From sequence record LR535904.1: a stretch of DNA of 64,000 nucleotides. The stretch is one strand, 5' to 3'. How positions within the stretch are numbered: the first letter of the stretch is position 1; each line of letters begins with the position of its first letter. This document shows, piece after piece, positions 24,818 to 36,697 of the stretch. A model generated the notes under the pieces. The model was not told the origin of the DNA. It did no database searches and worked only from the letters and a program-made list of their open reading frames with translations. A program made the translations under genes and the position numbers.

Positions 24818-26437
24818 TCGACTCTATTCTTTTTTTTCTTTACGTCTGGTCGCTATATTGTGACACCACTACAATTACGAGTGGTCTGAACCGAAAGTTG
24901 ATCATCAGTGAGTTATACCCACTCCTTCGGGAGTGGGATTTACCACACTTGCAGTACCTTCAGAATACGCAGCTGATATTAAACTTCCGACAGTTCCGGT
25001 GATTACTGACACACCAAACCAGGCAGCACGAATGCAGCACTATTTAGCATGTCGTGGACGTACGCCTACACCGCAAGAAGGACAGGCGGTACTCGCACTT
25101 ATGCGTAAGACCCATTTCAGTTGCAATGTAGGTGGTATTGCACGTGACTGGTTAATGAGCATTATCAGTAAGCATCCTCCTAACTCCACCAAACAGGTGG
25201 TCGGTGAGGGGGAAGGTGTGGTTGATTTGCGCGAGGCACTCGGGCGTGCTATTTCAGAAGTACGTCGTAAGCGTCGTCGTGCACCATATCGCTTTTATTT
25301 AGTAACGAACATGCGTAGACCGGTGGAAGGCTGTAGCGTTAAACATGCACAGATGATCATAAGTCGTCATGGCTTTAAGCGTCGTTATCAAATCGGTAAG
25401 GTACTAGAGATTGCCTGACTGTTTTTGATTACGGTTGCAAACATCAATAAAAACGGCAATCTTCCAGAATACGTAGAGGCTGCAGTCGTTGCGGGGTTTT
25501 AAGGGGAGACTGTGATGTCTGAGATGATTCTCGATTCCGACATTACTAAATTTGGCTACCCGCTTGCAGAACAACGTAAAGTCGTGCATGACTTTATCCT
25601 GGTACTGCGCTCCACATTCAGTCACGATGGTCGGACTCACCGGGTTCGGTGGATGCAGACCGTGCGAGCCAAACATGGCAGCTGCTCGTTACATTTTCGA
25701 GTCAGTGCGGATTATTTGGTTGACCAGGTCGACATCGACGCTAAGTATTTAGGCGGCGGTGTAAAGCGTATTCAGTTTAATGTGAGCAAGAACGGGGACC
25801 TGGAAGACGTCGCGCAAGCCTTACGGGCTGTGTCGGAGGAGACTAGAAGGATGTTCTATCGAGAGCTTCAACTCTGTACCGCAGCGCTCCATGGCGCGCG
25901 TGACTCCTGTGCATGAAGATTGGTATTATAAAAATCCCTTGAACTATGGGAGGGACAACAAAGACGTCAGTATTGATACCTTCTACAAATACTTGTTGTT
26001 TTACAGCCGGTATATCCTCACCGGTATCTTTGTGTCGTTCCCAGACGACCCGTCTTTAAACTACTTTCTATCGGTAGGCTTACCTTGCCTGAAGTGTGAA
26101 GTGACGCCGTTTAATGGCCCCTATGCCGATGCGTACTAAACACGCGATGCAACCACACGTGGAATTTACTGGACAGGACAGAACGCGTTTCAGGTTGCGG
26201 CTGACCCAAGTCAACGGTCCAGTTTTATAGCAGGGGTTGTTTGTCGTCCCGATGGGAAATTACCGCCCGGCACGTTAAAATATTTTTCAGTAGACAGAAT
26301 AGCCCAGTTCTTAAATGGTTTTGGGGCAAGAAATCGCCCTGGTTGGAAGGTGGTACGTGCGATGGGACAGTTCTGGCTGGTAGCTGTCCGCAGCGTGCCA
26401 CATCAGACTGGCTCGCGATATACTTTTTGTGTAAAGC

Positions 26438-26917
26438 GTTTTATGAACGTTTCGGATTCCGAACTGAATACCAGGATATGGTAAAGGAGCTTTAACAATC
26501 AAAAGGTTGCGCGTGGATGCAGCTTAACGTGCTCGGTAATAACGACCGTGCTATTGCATCGGTTCGTTCACAAGGCGTTGGTCATGAACTGATCGAAGCC
26601 GTAGAGAACTATGGCAACTTTGGCTACACCAAAAAGGGACAACGTTTCCTCTGGGTATATAACTTTTTTGTAGATGATGAAGGTACGCTGTGCGCTTGCG
26701 CCGTTGATGACCGTGGTGTGGCTGTTGGCTTCATCACTGCCGACTTAAACGGTCGTGAAGGGTTTAATCAAATCTCAAAACTGGAGGAGGTTTGGGGATA
26801 CTACGCGGACTTGTTAGGACTACACAACAAGTTATACGACGATCAGAAAATAAAACTCTGAGGTGAAATGATGAAAATTGTTTTTGTCACCAAGCCCAAC
26901 TCTCCGTATGGAAAGAA
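26438..26917 (+). CDS. GNAT-family N-acetyltransferase (~155 aa)
   Basis: ATG 26868. Reassembled LWVYNFFVDESVRSQGVGHELIEAVENYGKSKGCAWMQLNVLGNNDRAIAFYERFGFR = acetyl-CoA motif A plus motif B. Confidence 0.92.
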
Positions 26918-28057
26918 TCACCACGGCGTTGGTACGTGTGGCGGAGGGTCTAATGGAGTGGACGAAGCAATCGTTGGGGGATGAGCTGAAGGAGGCCACG
27001 TTACGTTACCGTAATGCAATGGCGATGGAAGACGCTTGCTACACCGGCATTTACGAAGAAGTGGAAGCGATGAAGTCCGAGCTTAAGAACCTAGAAGAGG
27101 CTGTGGAAGCACTTATCAAATCTATTGCTGCACGTGGAACAAAGAACCGTGTTGTGGACGGTGAGTATGGTGAAACCATTAAATCGCTGGATATGCATCA
27201 GTGTGGGAAAGCAATAGCTGGAAATATCGTTGTGGTTGAGCACTATAGTGGTAAGGTCAGTTGGGCAATTGCGCGTGGTGCTGCTGGGTTGCTTGGCATC
27301 ATCGATCCCTTTAAAAAGGTGGAAGCTTTTCCTGTCCAAGCATTCGAAGGGCCGGGCTTAAAACAAATCAGCAAGTCCACGAACTGGGCAGTTAAGCCGT
27401 ACGAAGGCGTCGTGCAAAAGTACACGGTTTACACACGCACCGCTCTGAAGAAAAGCATTTGCTTTGAAGATCGACCCGATTTTGAAGCGTGTGTTAAGTT
27501 TTCTAAACAAACAAATGTAGATAACCACAAAACACTCGCTGCGGTCGACGTTCACACGAGTAGCTGGACGTCTAAAACTTCGAAAGCTGCTTTCATGGAA
27601 CGTAAGCTCAATAAGCTTAAAACGCGAATGTCGCTGCGCTTTTACGATTTCGCGGAAGCGCTAGCGAAAGAACAAGCCGACCGTTTGAAAGAAATAAGTG
27701 CTGGACTAGGTGCAACCGCAAAGGGCGCGGGTAAACTTTCGAAAAAGCTCGCATTACTCCATCGCGCAGCAGGGCGCATTACTGCGAAAGCTGTTAAAGG
27801 TACTGGAAAGTTAGTGGAATCGCGCGAAGCGATGGAGCGTGCTCAGTTTATGACTGATACTGACCCGCGGGCTGGCAGCGCGATCCGTCAGCGTTGGTGC
27901 TTAACCGACGACGGTGAAGATATGTTGGTTGCTCGTGACCACGATCGCCTGGTCGCACTCGAAGGTCTGGGAGTTAAGCCCGACTTCCCTGCGGTTTGCA
28001 GATGTAAGGAGCAGGGGATGTCGACGCTCGATTTAGATTTAGAAGTCCTGACTGACG
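26858..28057 (+). CDS. Hypothetical helical/coiled-coil protein (~390 aa)
   Basis: RBS aaggagcagggg then ATG MSTLDLDLEVLTD. Long open frame 26878-28116 in the track; stop TGA overlaps the GNAT start. Confidence 0.6.
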
Positions 28058-28297
28058 GGGAGAGATATTTGCCTTGTGTGTTCGATGGCCACATCGCAAC
28101 TACTACTATACTTTGACTTCGAAAGTCGCACCACAAGAAAATGACCCAATTCAGACAGTTTACACCACGCCGGATACTCGCTTGTTCCCAGGCTCCGAGG
28201 ATGAGTTCTTCGATTACCTGGAACGCCACGGTTTTGATCGTTTGTGGGAAGCATTCTTCCCTACGCCGTCAAAACCGATTAAGAAGGTGACTAGCCT

Positions 28298-28957
28298 ATT
28301 ATGACCACGTTGCCTTTAATCAGAGGTCGCTATTATGCAAACTACCAGTTTAGCTCGTGGTATTCCTTGTTACCACCATGCGCTTGAAGGACATCTGTGG
28401 CTTGAGAGCTTGTGCTTAGATAAACAAGGTAATCCGACCGGCGGTACTGCCATGGGCGTGAAATACGCTAAGCAGTGTATAATTATGGGCGATGATTTAG
28501 CAACGCCTGTAGACGCAGTTTATTACTCTGCGCCTTTTCATCCCGCGCCAGAAAAGCTCCAGGAGTTCGCCTGGGCGCTTCATGGCCGTAATCTGAACAA
28601 CGTAGAGTTCCGTGTAATCCCTCAGGATGACCGCTATCGTGAGATAGTAGGTAAGCTTGATGAGTTCATTTGTTACCTACCCGATGAGAAAAAGCTCTGG
28701 CTCAAGAAACAGAATCCATTTGCCCGACAGTGGGCGAATACAATCGACCAGAACACTGGCAAGAAAGTGGTGTGGGATTACACGATTCATTTTTCTTCTG
28801 GCGGCTGCTGGTGTGGTCCAGACCAATTGCAATTCCGTACCATGTCTGAAATGTACATGCGATTGTTACGTGGGTTTAATGCGCTGCACGCCAAAGATAA
28901 GTCCATGAAAAAGATTTATAAAATTGCGGTAATCGGTTCTCGGAAGACTGATGAAGA
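28298..28957 (+). CDS. SLOG/DprA-like nucleotide-binding protein (~199 aa)
   Basis: ATG 28905, MKKIYKIAVIGSRKTDE...FSSGGCWCGPD...LHGRN..IIMGDDLATPVDAVYY...GGTAMGVKYAK...GIPCY. Confidence 0.7.
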
Positions 28958-29737
28958 CCGTTTAGCGAGGGTAGGTATTTATTTTTTTCTTACGAATCGT
29001 CCACTCCGTATAGGAGGGACTATCACGAAGCTTAACGGTTTTCGTTATCGTGTGTTTGTTTAAGACACTACCCTCGCGCTGCCTGGTCTGGAATACGACT
29101 TGGCTGGTTTCTGGGGGCGTAAGCTGTTAGAAGAAGTCGAATCACGCACACGTATTACGCTACCGTACCATATCGGCCAAGACTTAACCAAGACAACAGA
29201 GTACGACATCCTGACCGATCGATACATCCTCGTCTATGAATGTGAATCGTTTGTTTAGTGTGCAGAACGCGGCATCGTTGTAAGTAAGGCGTGGGAAAAC
29301 CCCGCGCAATGCCACGTAGGTAAACCGGCCGATTTGCGCGTATGGTCTGAACCTGCAATGGCCAGTTTTGAATCGGCGAGCTTAAATGATATAATCACAT
29401 TGGGACCTGAACATCTCACGTGGTTTGATTTGTCGAATGCTTTGCTGACTAATAAGAGTAAGCCAGATGACTATGTGGTTGTGCGTTACCGCAAATTGAC
29501 CACAGAACGTATCCGTGTGGAGAGTTATGGTCCACCGGAACCGGACGGTCGTGTAAGTAGTCAAACCTTGCTCGATTTAGTCAATGCTTTTAATGCTGAA
29601 ACCGTTTATACGCCCCTCCCCTTAATCAAATACCAGGAGCGAGGCATGTCTTTTGTTATTGACTTTAACCACCATCAACAGCGTATAGGGGCTTCGGCCC
29701 CTATACTGTTTATTATTTTCCTGTGAAGTATTATGAC

Positions 29738-30157
29738 GTTAACTTTTTGGGTAGGTAAAGAAATTTCCGCACGGTATCCTTTGTACGATTATTAAACGAA
29801 AGTTAAAGCGACAATTGCCCCGTCAGTACGAACACACTGCAGAGTTAATAACCTACGTTATCTCGTTAACACAAAGCGCAAGACGTACCAGCCAATAGAT
29901 GCGGGTACGTGTTCGTCAAATGGTGAGTTTGCCGTGGTTAACTACGGACGTTCTGAACTGTGTCCAGGCGGTGGCTTGTGGGAAACCGACGCACCTGTAA
30001 AATTTAGCGACAAAGATGAACCAGTCGTGACGGTGGACTGCGTTACTGCGCCAGTAAACGCCTTTACCATTCAGGACTTCCCGCAGTATAAACCGATTTC
30101 TACCCTATCTGGAAGAGGACTAGATATGATGCGTGCTGTATTAGCTGTGTTTATAGT
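29738..30157 (+). CDS. Predicted secreted protein (~129 aa)
   Basis: ATG 30126, MMRAVLAVFIVCVTAPVNA|FTIQDFPQYKP...: signal peptide and three Cys in the mature part. Confidence 0.6.
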
Positions 30158-32377
30158 CCTTACAGGTATCGCCAAACACTCGCAACATGATTCACCGTTT
30201 GGAGAAAATGGACTGGCGCTATCCAACAAAACCTTTCTCTTATCACTGGCATCACTTCAAAAAACAGTTCCATGATGTTTTGGTCGACGAGCACCTTATC
30301 CAGAGGTTGGAGTGGGAAGAAGTTCTCAAGGAAGCGGATTTAAAACGTCGGTTGTCCCGGCATTTTCGTCGGAGTGCCTGGAAGGCTTTAGTTGAGGCTT
30401 TTCATCACAGTAAGACATCACCAGCAATACGGTCCAGTAAAAGAAAAAGTTATGCCGATATTGCAGACAGTTCGCTTAGGGGCACTCCTGTTAAGATTCT
30501 GAATCTTACGAGATGTTCGGATGGAACCCGTATAAACGTCATCCGCCGTGTGGAGCTTGTTCCTCAGCATGAACTGACATTTCGTCTAAACGAGCGAGAG
30601 TGTATAATGATACGTGTTGCTTACGAAACACGAGATAGAAAAGCTTTTAACTCATTACGCTGAAAGCGTTCCCATTTTTCTTTCGATGGCAGAAGGTGGC
30701 CAACGGTATTTTCGTATGACGAACTACAATGTTATTTCGTCACACACGCCGCCGGAGGCGCTAGGATTCTTTCACCAACAAGGCTTCCAGATTGACCGAT
30801 GGTATATTGCTGCTGACCTTCAGCAGAACTCCGATCGTAAACACATCAGCTGTCGTGTTCACCCGACCAACATTCCCTATATGGTTGTGCCCGAAGAATC
30901 GCGGCGGGGCGGTGTCGGCAGATTTATGCTTAAGTATATGTTTGTTGAGGATGATATCGTGCGGGGAATCATGGCATGGGAACCTGGCCATTTGGTCGAA
31001 CTGGTTGAATGGGTACGCGACTTAAACAGTATCCGCGAGGAGCCTATTAAACTCACGAGAGAAGTGATGCTTGTTATTAATGTGGTCGAGGATAAGATTC
31101 CCGCGAATGTTTATCCTGCTACACATGCTGTTAAAACCGTCCCTGTCATTGGCAGAAGCCAGATACCTGCTTAGTGGTCGCTATCTGGAACACCTGGCAA
31201 AAACACCGGCACAGTTTCACCGTTCAACAATCCTGCCGAAATGGTTACAGATAAGTTGGGTTCGTCCTACTATCGATTGGCAAGAAATGTCGGTCAATGA
31301 CCACGGGTACAAGTTAAGTATAATTATGCCACGCGGTAAGCGTGACGTCTCATTGGGTCTTGCAGATGCGTTAGGTCCCGAAGTTCCTTGGGAACCGGGT
31401 CATCCGCCGCGTCAGTTCACCGCGCAACGAGGACGGATATTCGCTACCGTCAGAAATGTGTTAATTAAAGAAGGGTTCGCGCTTTCCGCTGCAATTACCA
31501 AACGTAAACTAAATGCCATGGCACACGTCAAAGAGATTTACGTAGTGCCGTTTCGTAGCTGCTTAAACGCCCCGTATGTTGAAGGGCAGTTTGTCAGTGC
31601 AGCTGAGAAAGAAGCGCTGTTATTGGCGGCAGTCGAAGAAGTATTGTGGGAGGCGTTACTACTACCGTTTAGCGCTATATTAGGTTCGTTTACCAAAATG
31701 CTGTCTGTGGATTTTATGTGTAAGCACGGCCCAAAAAGGAATATAAAAATGCAATTACAATTTCGTCAACGGTCTGTCTCTTCTCCTCCTGGAGAAGAGG
31801 CTTCTTATTTTTTTTTATTACGTCTACGTAAATTACTACAAGCTGAATAAGAGCAACGCGAAGCAACAGACTACCGCACCTAAAGAGTAATTAAGCCCAT
31901 GGCCGATTAAGACGCTTGCTTACAATTCGATGGCCATTGGTGCCAAGGTTGTTGAATAGTTAACGGATGTGCTGATTGTGGCGCTCTTACCTTTGTTTGC
32001 TCAGGCCGTGTTCTTTATGACCACTGTGGTGATTACTGGCGCGATGGCCTGGGACACGCACCTGCATTATCCACAGGTATTGACCCTGTGGCCAAATTTG
32101 AAAGGTCCGCAGAAAGTCCTTATCGTTTTGTTGGTGCTTGAATCGCAAGCAAAAGCCGCCGTAGAAAGCATGGATGAAAAGCTCGCCAAAGAAACGTTGA
32201 TTCTTACTTCTTTACGCCCCCTCATCCTTGAGCAGGTGGGGAACATGGCGAAAACGTCAGCCGCCCAGACCGCTTTGGGAAGTGATGTTGAAATTGATGT
32301 CACTAAACCTGCTAACGATGTTCTTATCCAGGCGGGCACCAATAAATTAAGCCTGGAAGAGAGTAACCGACTAAAAA

Positions 32378-33097
32378 AGACGCCGGAGGAAATAGCGATG
32401 TCGCAGTCTTTGCAAGAAGCCTCGACGGATGTGTTGGAATAGTCTTCTTCCGCCCAAGGTTAAAGTTCCTAAAGCTAAGGCCGGTAAGCAGAAAGGACAC
32501 AGTATCGATGCCGTGGCGGTGGGTAATATCTTCGTCAGGGTCAACTTATTAAACCTACAAGCGGTGACCAAACTCTACGCGAACCATACCCGGTGCGACT
32601 TATCGGTATTGGATGAAATTATTGTGAAGTCGTACGTTGGTGTGGAAGCAAAGGGTACAGATAAATCGCATATGCAAATGTTGCGGCGAACGCTTTGGGA
32701 CGTGTTTCCCGAAAAATATCTCCATGGGTTTAATCCTACTCCGTTCATGCGAAGAGCTAAGCTCTCAGCGTACGAATCTGGGGTGGAATTGCAACTGTTA
32801 GAAGAACGCTTTCGTGAGTTTTTAAAACTGGCAAGGCCGACTTTTGTCGCTACCGAACCTACGCACAATGGCTCTTTTGGTGAGTGCGTAGGGAAACGCG
32901 ATGCGCGTTTGGTAGAATGGGAATTTGGCCAACCTCAAGGTGAAGTTGTCTGGGCGGGCACGGCTCATGTTGCGGACATGGTGAGGATTGCGGCTGTTGA
33001 CCCCGGTACTGCCCATCTTGGGATGGCGGTTATCGACACCGTGGTTCTTAGGGACAGCTAACTGATGCTGATTCCTGAGCCGAGGTTACCCGACAGT
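32378..33097 (+). CDS. RuvC-like Holliday junction resolvase (~216 aa)
   Basis: MLIPEPRLPDSMVRIAAVDPGTAHLGMAVID...PTFVATE...VKSYVGV...DEHSIDAVAVG: RNase H-fold acidic motifs in RuvC order. Confidence 0.85.
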
Positions 33098-33997
33098 CAC
33101 TAACCTGGCACAGACCAACGATCGTCTGTCACTGACCATCCGTATCGGCCAGCCGGCTTCACAGTTCAGCTACGACGAAGCTATCGGTGTGCAGGCGTTG
33201 TACTACATCTCCCTGTTCTCTGAAATTGCGCTGTGCTCTGGCGTTGATACCCCTGAAACGGGTGAGTCGGCCACCGGTGTTCAGGAATACATGAACGTGA
33301 CGGCGATTCTACGTGGTACGCCACGCAGTTCGATTATCCCCGACGGTCGTTATGTTGAATCGGGCGCAGACCTGGTGATTCCATGGACTGAGTTTGAGAA
33401 CCCGGTACCGAAAGAACTCCCAGACTACGATTACGACGATGACGGCACTGTAGAGATTATCACTCGCGAAAACGGTGTTGAAACCGTCAAAGATTTCGTC
33501 TATACCGATGCGGAACTTTACTGGGCGTATTATCTGAAACGTATCGACATGCGCGCAGTGAAGACCACTGACCTGGAGTCTGATGAGCAACGTAAACAGT
33601 ACGCTTTCCGTACTCGTGAAACTATCGGCGCGCGGGAGATTGCGTCAGGGATGTTCTCGCGCGTTCCATTGGTACTGCGTACGTTGGATAATGACTTTGG
33701 TCACATCGTTGATCAGTCTGATGTTGTGGCAGACGTTGTTCCCGTCGCGAAATCCCCCTCGAAAGTTCCCGATGGCGCTACACGTCCGCATTTAGGATAC
33801 ATGTGCGTGGGTAACCGAGGTGCTGACGTGCAGTACCCACAGAAATCCACGATGAACGAGTTTTATAAACTCATGACCGATGGTAAACTGTCAACAGTGA
33901 CTCTTAACGCGATGCGACTTACGACCGCGTTATTGACAAACGGGCACTCGACGGGTTTCGCCCAGGAGAATTTTTAAATGGCTAACACCAAAGTTTA
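33038..33997 (+). CDS. Conserved phiKZ-like virion structural protein (~295 aa)
   Basis: ATG 33978; HLGYMCVGNRG, VPLVLR, ELYWAYYLKRID. Syntenic downstream of the baseplate-wedge-like gene. Confidence 0.6.
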
Positions 33998-34477
33998 GGC
34001 ACGATTGCGATTACTTTTGTTGACCCAACTCCCCGTAAGCTGGCGCAGCTGGTAACTATTACCCCAGAAATGGAATCGTATGAGGCGCGTTTAATCCCGC
34101 ACCATCTATCTTTCAAACCGTATATTGTCGATGAGCTGGGTCTCCAGCTTGACACCTACGATATCATGGTTGAACCGCTTAAAGACGTAACGGTTGAAGT
34201 CCCGAAGGGTGCGGCAGAATGGAGCCATGAATTAGTTGTAAATGGGGTACACGGCACTCAAGAGTTTTACCTGACTCGCGCGGACTTAAACAAGTTACCG
34301 CTAACCCAAGCAGAGCGACGCGCTAAAGGTGTGGAGTCTAAAGTTGCGGCGCGCTTTTACGTTTTTAAGTTATCGTATAGTGAAAATAACTACGAGTTTA
34401 ACCCACGTGGGGTGTGGATGGGATACCGTATAGATTTATCAAAAACCCCGAAACAGATTCTGGTTGAGAGAATCAAT
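33938..34477 (+). CDS. Virion structural protein (~175 aa)
   Basis: ATG 34418, MGYRIDLSKTPKQILVERIN... Confidence 0.6.
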
Positions 34478-36697
34478 GCGTGGCCGACCGTGACATGGAT
34501 GGCTTCCGGCTAGACCAATTACCAAAGTGAGAGACTTAGCCACCTATTGATGTTATCCGTGTGCGGACGTCATTTGAGGAGTGGACGCTTGCCGAGCTGA
34601 ATGTCTACCCTGGTATCCGCGTGAAGGTCGAGCAGGATGTTGTGATCGATATGGTACCCATCCCTGTCGCTCCCGTGATAAAGGAAATGGCAATCCCGCA
34701 ACGTATTAAGTTGCGGATTTACCCTCTGACAGACGTGCAGCGTGTGAGCCGTAGTTCATTCATGACGACGGATAAGCACCCAGTCATCCCGATTCTGGAT
34801 GATATTCTCGCAGAGGCTGCCGATACAACAAATATCATCTCGTCGTATACTGTCCATTTTGCCGCACGTATGGGTTCTGACACCTACGATGTCACCGCAC
34901 GTGCGTCTGTCTCACAAGCTGAAATACAACGCGCGATGGTGCGGTTAATGACGAAACCCGCGGAAACCTGGCAGGACATCGCCACCGACGCTTTAAACGT
35001 GGCCACTAATCTGGAAATACCTTACCGCGATTACGACGAGTTCTTCAAAACGTTTGGTTTTGATTACGAGTTAGTCTGTGCTGCAGGCACAATGCTGTTT
35101 ACCTACCACTACCGTGACTATAAGTGCGATCTTGACCTCATGGTGCAGAAGCGTCGTCGTTACCGTTACTCGTATAATCGACACAAGCTAGCCGACCATC
35201 ATGAAGTTATCGGTAATTTGATGTCTGCAGATGAGTTGTACGATGAAATCAGCGAAAATCTGCCAAGCTCATGGCCCGGCCGTTTTAATGCGTTGATTAA
35301 CTATTACACGGACACGCTGTGGAACGTGTTTGGTGTGCTAATCAAACGCTGGGTTGGTTTTGATGAGATGGAGCAGCCACTGTTCTTGTATGCGAGCTTC
35401 AAAGGTTATTCTGGCGTAGCACTGGATAAGATCCCGGACGAAATTCTTAACCCAACGAACGGAGATACGCTAAAGCTCACTTCAAAAGAGCTGCTGGTGC
35501 ATGGCTTGTTCAACGAGTGGATGCATATCGTGGCACGTGGACAGTACAACATTTACCCAACGAAGTTAGTTGAGGTAACGGCGATTGACCCAGAGGCCAT
35601 CGAACGTTGGGAATTTAAACCTGACTATCAGGAAGACCTCGATCGGCGTTTGAGCTTGACGCAGTATCCGAACCTGCTTAGCACAACTGACATCATCCAG
35701 AAAGAAATCAATCTGGCGTACAATAACCCAGTGCACGTCGGCTACCAGTCATCGCTTAACTATACTGAACGTGACTCGGGCCGTGACCTGGACATTGTCG
35801 CCCAGCAGATTCACGACCCGACGACGGGCAGTGATGATGACCTGACACCACTCCCGATTACCTGGATGATTGACACCCTGCTGACGGGTTGGGGTATGCC
35901 TGCTGTTGGATATAAGGAATTCACACTGTATCGCAACATCCGTTACTGGGAACGTAACTCTGGTAAGGAAGAAATCTAGTTCTTGGCTTCGCACCAAGAA
36001 CTGCACGAGTTCATGCCGTACCTGACCCTCAAGCAGATCATGTACATCCGCAAACGGTTACAGTTTACGACCGAAACGCACTCCTACTACGTGACCGACA
36101 ACGACTGTTTCGTACTGGCCTTTTACATGCAACAGTACCCGGTGTGGCCGGGGCTTAATATTGAGAACTTTATTCGTGCAGCACATGTGCGTTTCATGGC
36201 CGATGGCTGGAAAGTTCGCTCAATTTTGTATTACGATCCTGCTTTAGTTGAACCGCAGGAGACGTCGTTAATTACACTATACATTCGCGGTACTTTCAAT
36301 CCGATTGATATTGCATACGCGATACGTGTCGATGACTTATATCGTTCTAACCCGGAGTATATCGACGACTTAATCGCCGAGTATCCGGACTACGCAGCGC
36401 AAGAGCAGATAGAGTTAACGACGCAGAACCTCTCCCGTCATAAAAAGACCTCAAACGTACACTTAGCAGGTAAACGACATGCAATCGACAAGCCGATATA
36501 CATTACGTCACTCGACATGGCAATAACCAAAAACGGCGGTTTCGTTTCCGAGAACCGTGAGACGTGGCGGTATTACCCTATCCAGTTAGCGAAATCCCTG
36601 ATTGTCAAATCAGAGAGCATCGCACAACAGATGAACCTTTACTAATATCTTCCATTGGGGTCTCCGATGCAGAGATTTAACATTTTTCGTGACCAGG
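34478..36697 (+). CDS. Large virion (baseplate wedge-like; phiKZ gp128-like) protein (~727 aa)
   Basis: ATG 36667, MQRFNIFRDQAIQLAKSLIVKSESIAQQMN...WRYY...LAG. Track ORFs 34561-35979 and 35983-36645 are one gene; the TAG at 35977-79 is created by a junction. Confidence 0.7.

Noticed and set aside
35977-35983. In-frame TAG splitting ORFs (also 54037-54039), suggesting amber recoding or pseudogenes
   Set aside because: Both TAGs straddle block junctions (T|AG) and vanish on reordering. Real genes here (tmk, the zinc-ribbon gene) end in TAG followed by terminators, so the standard code applies.
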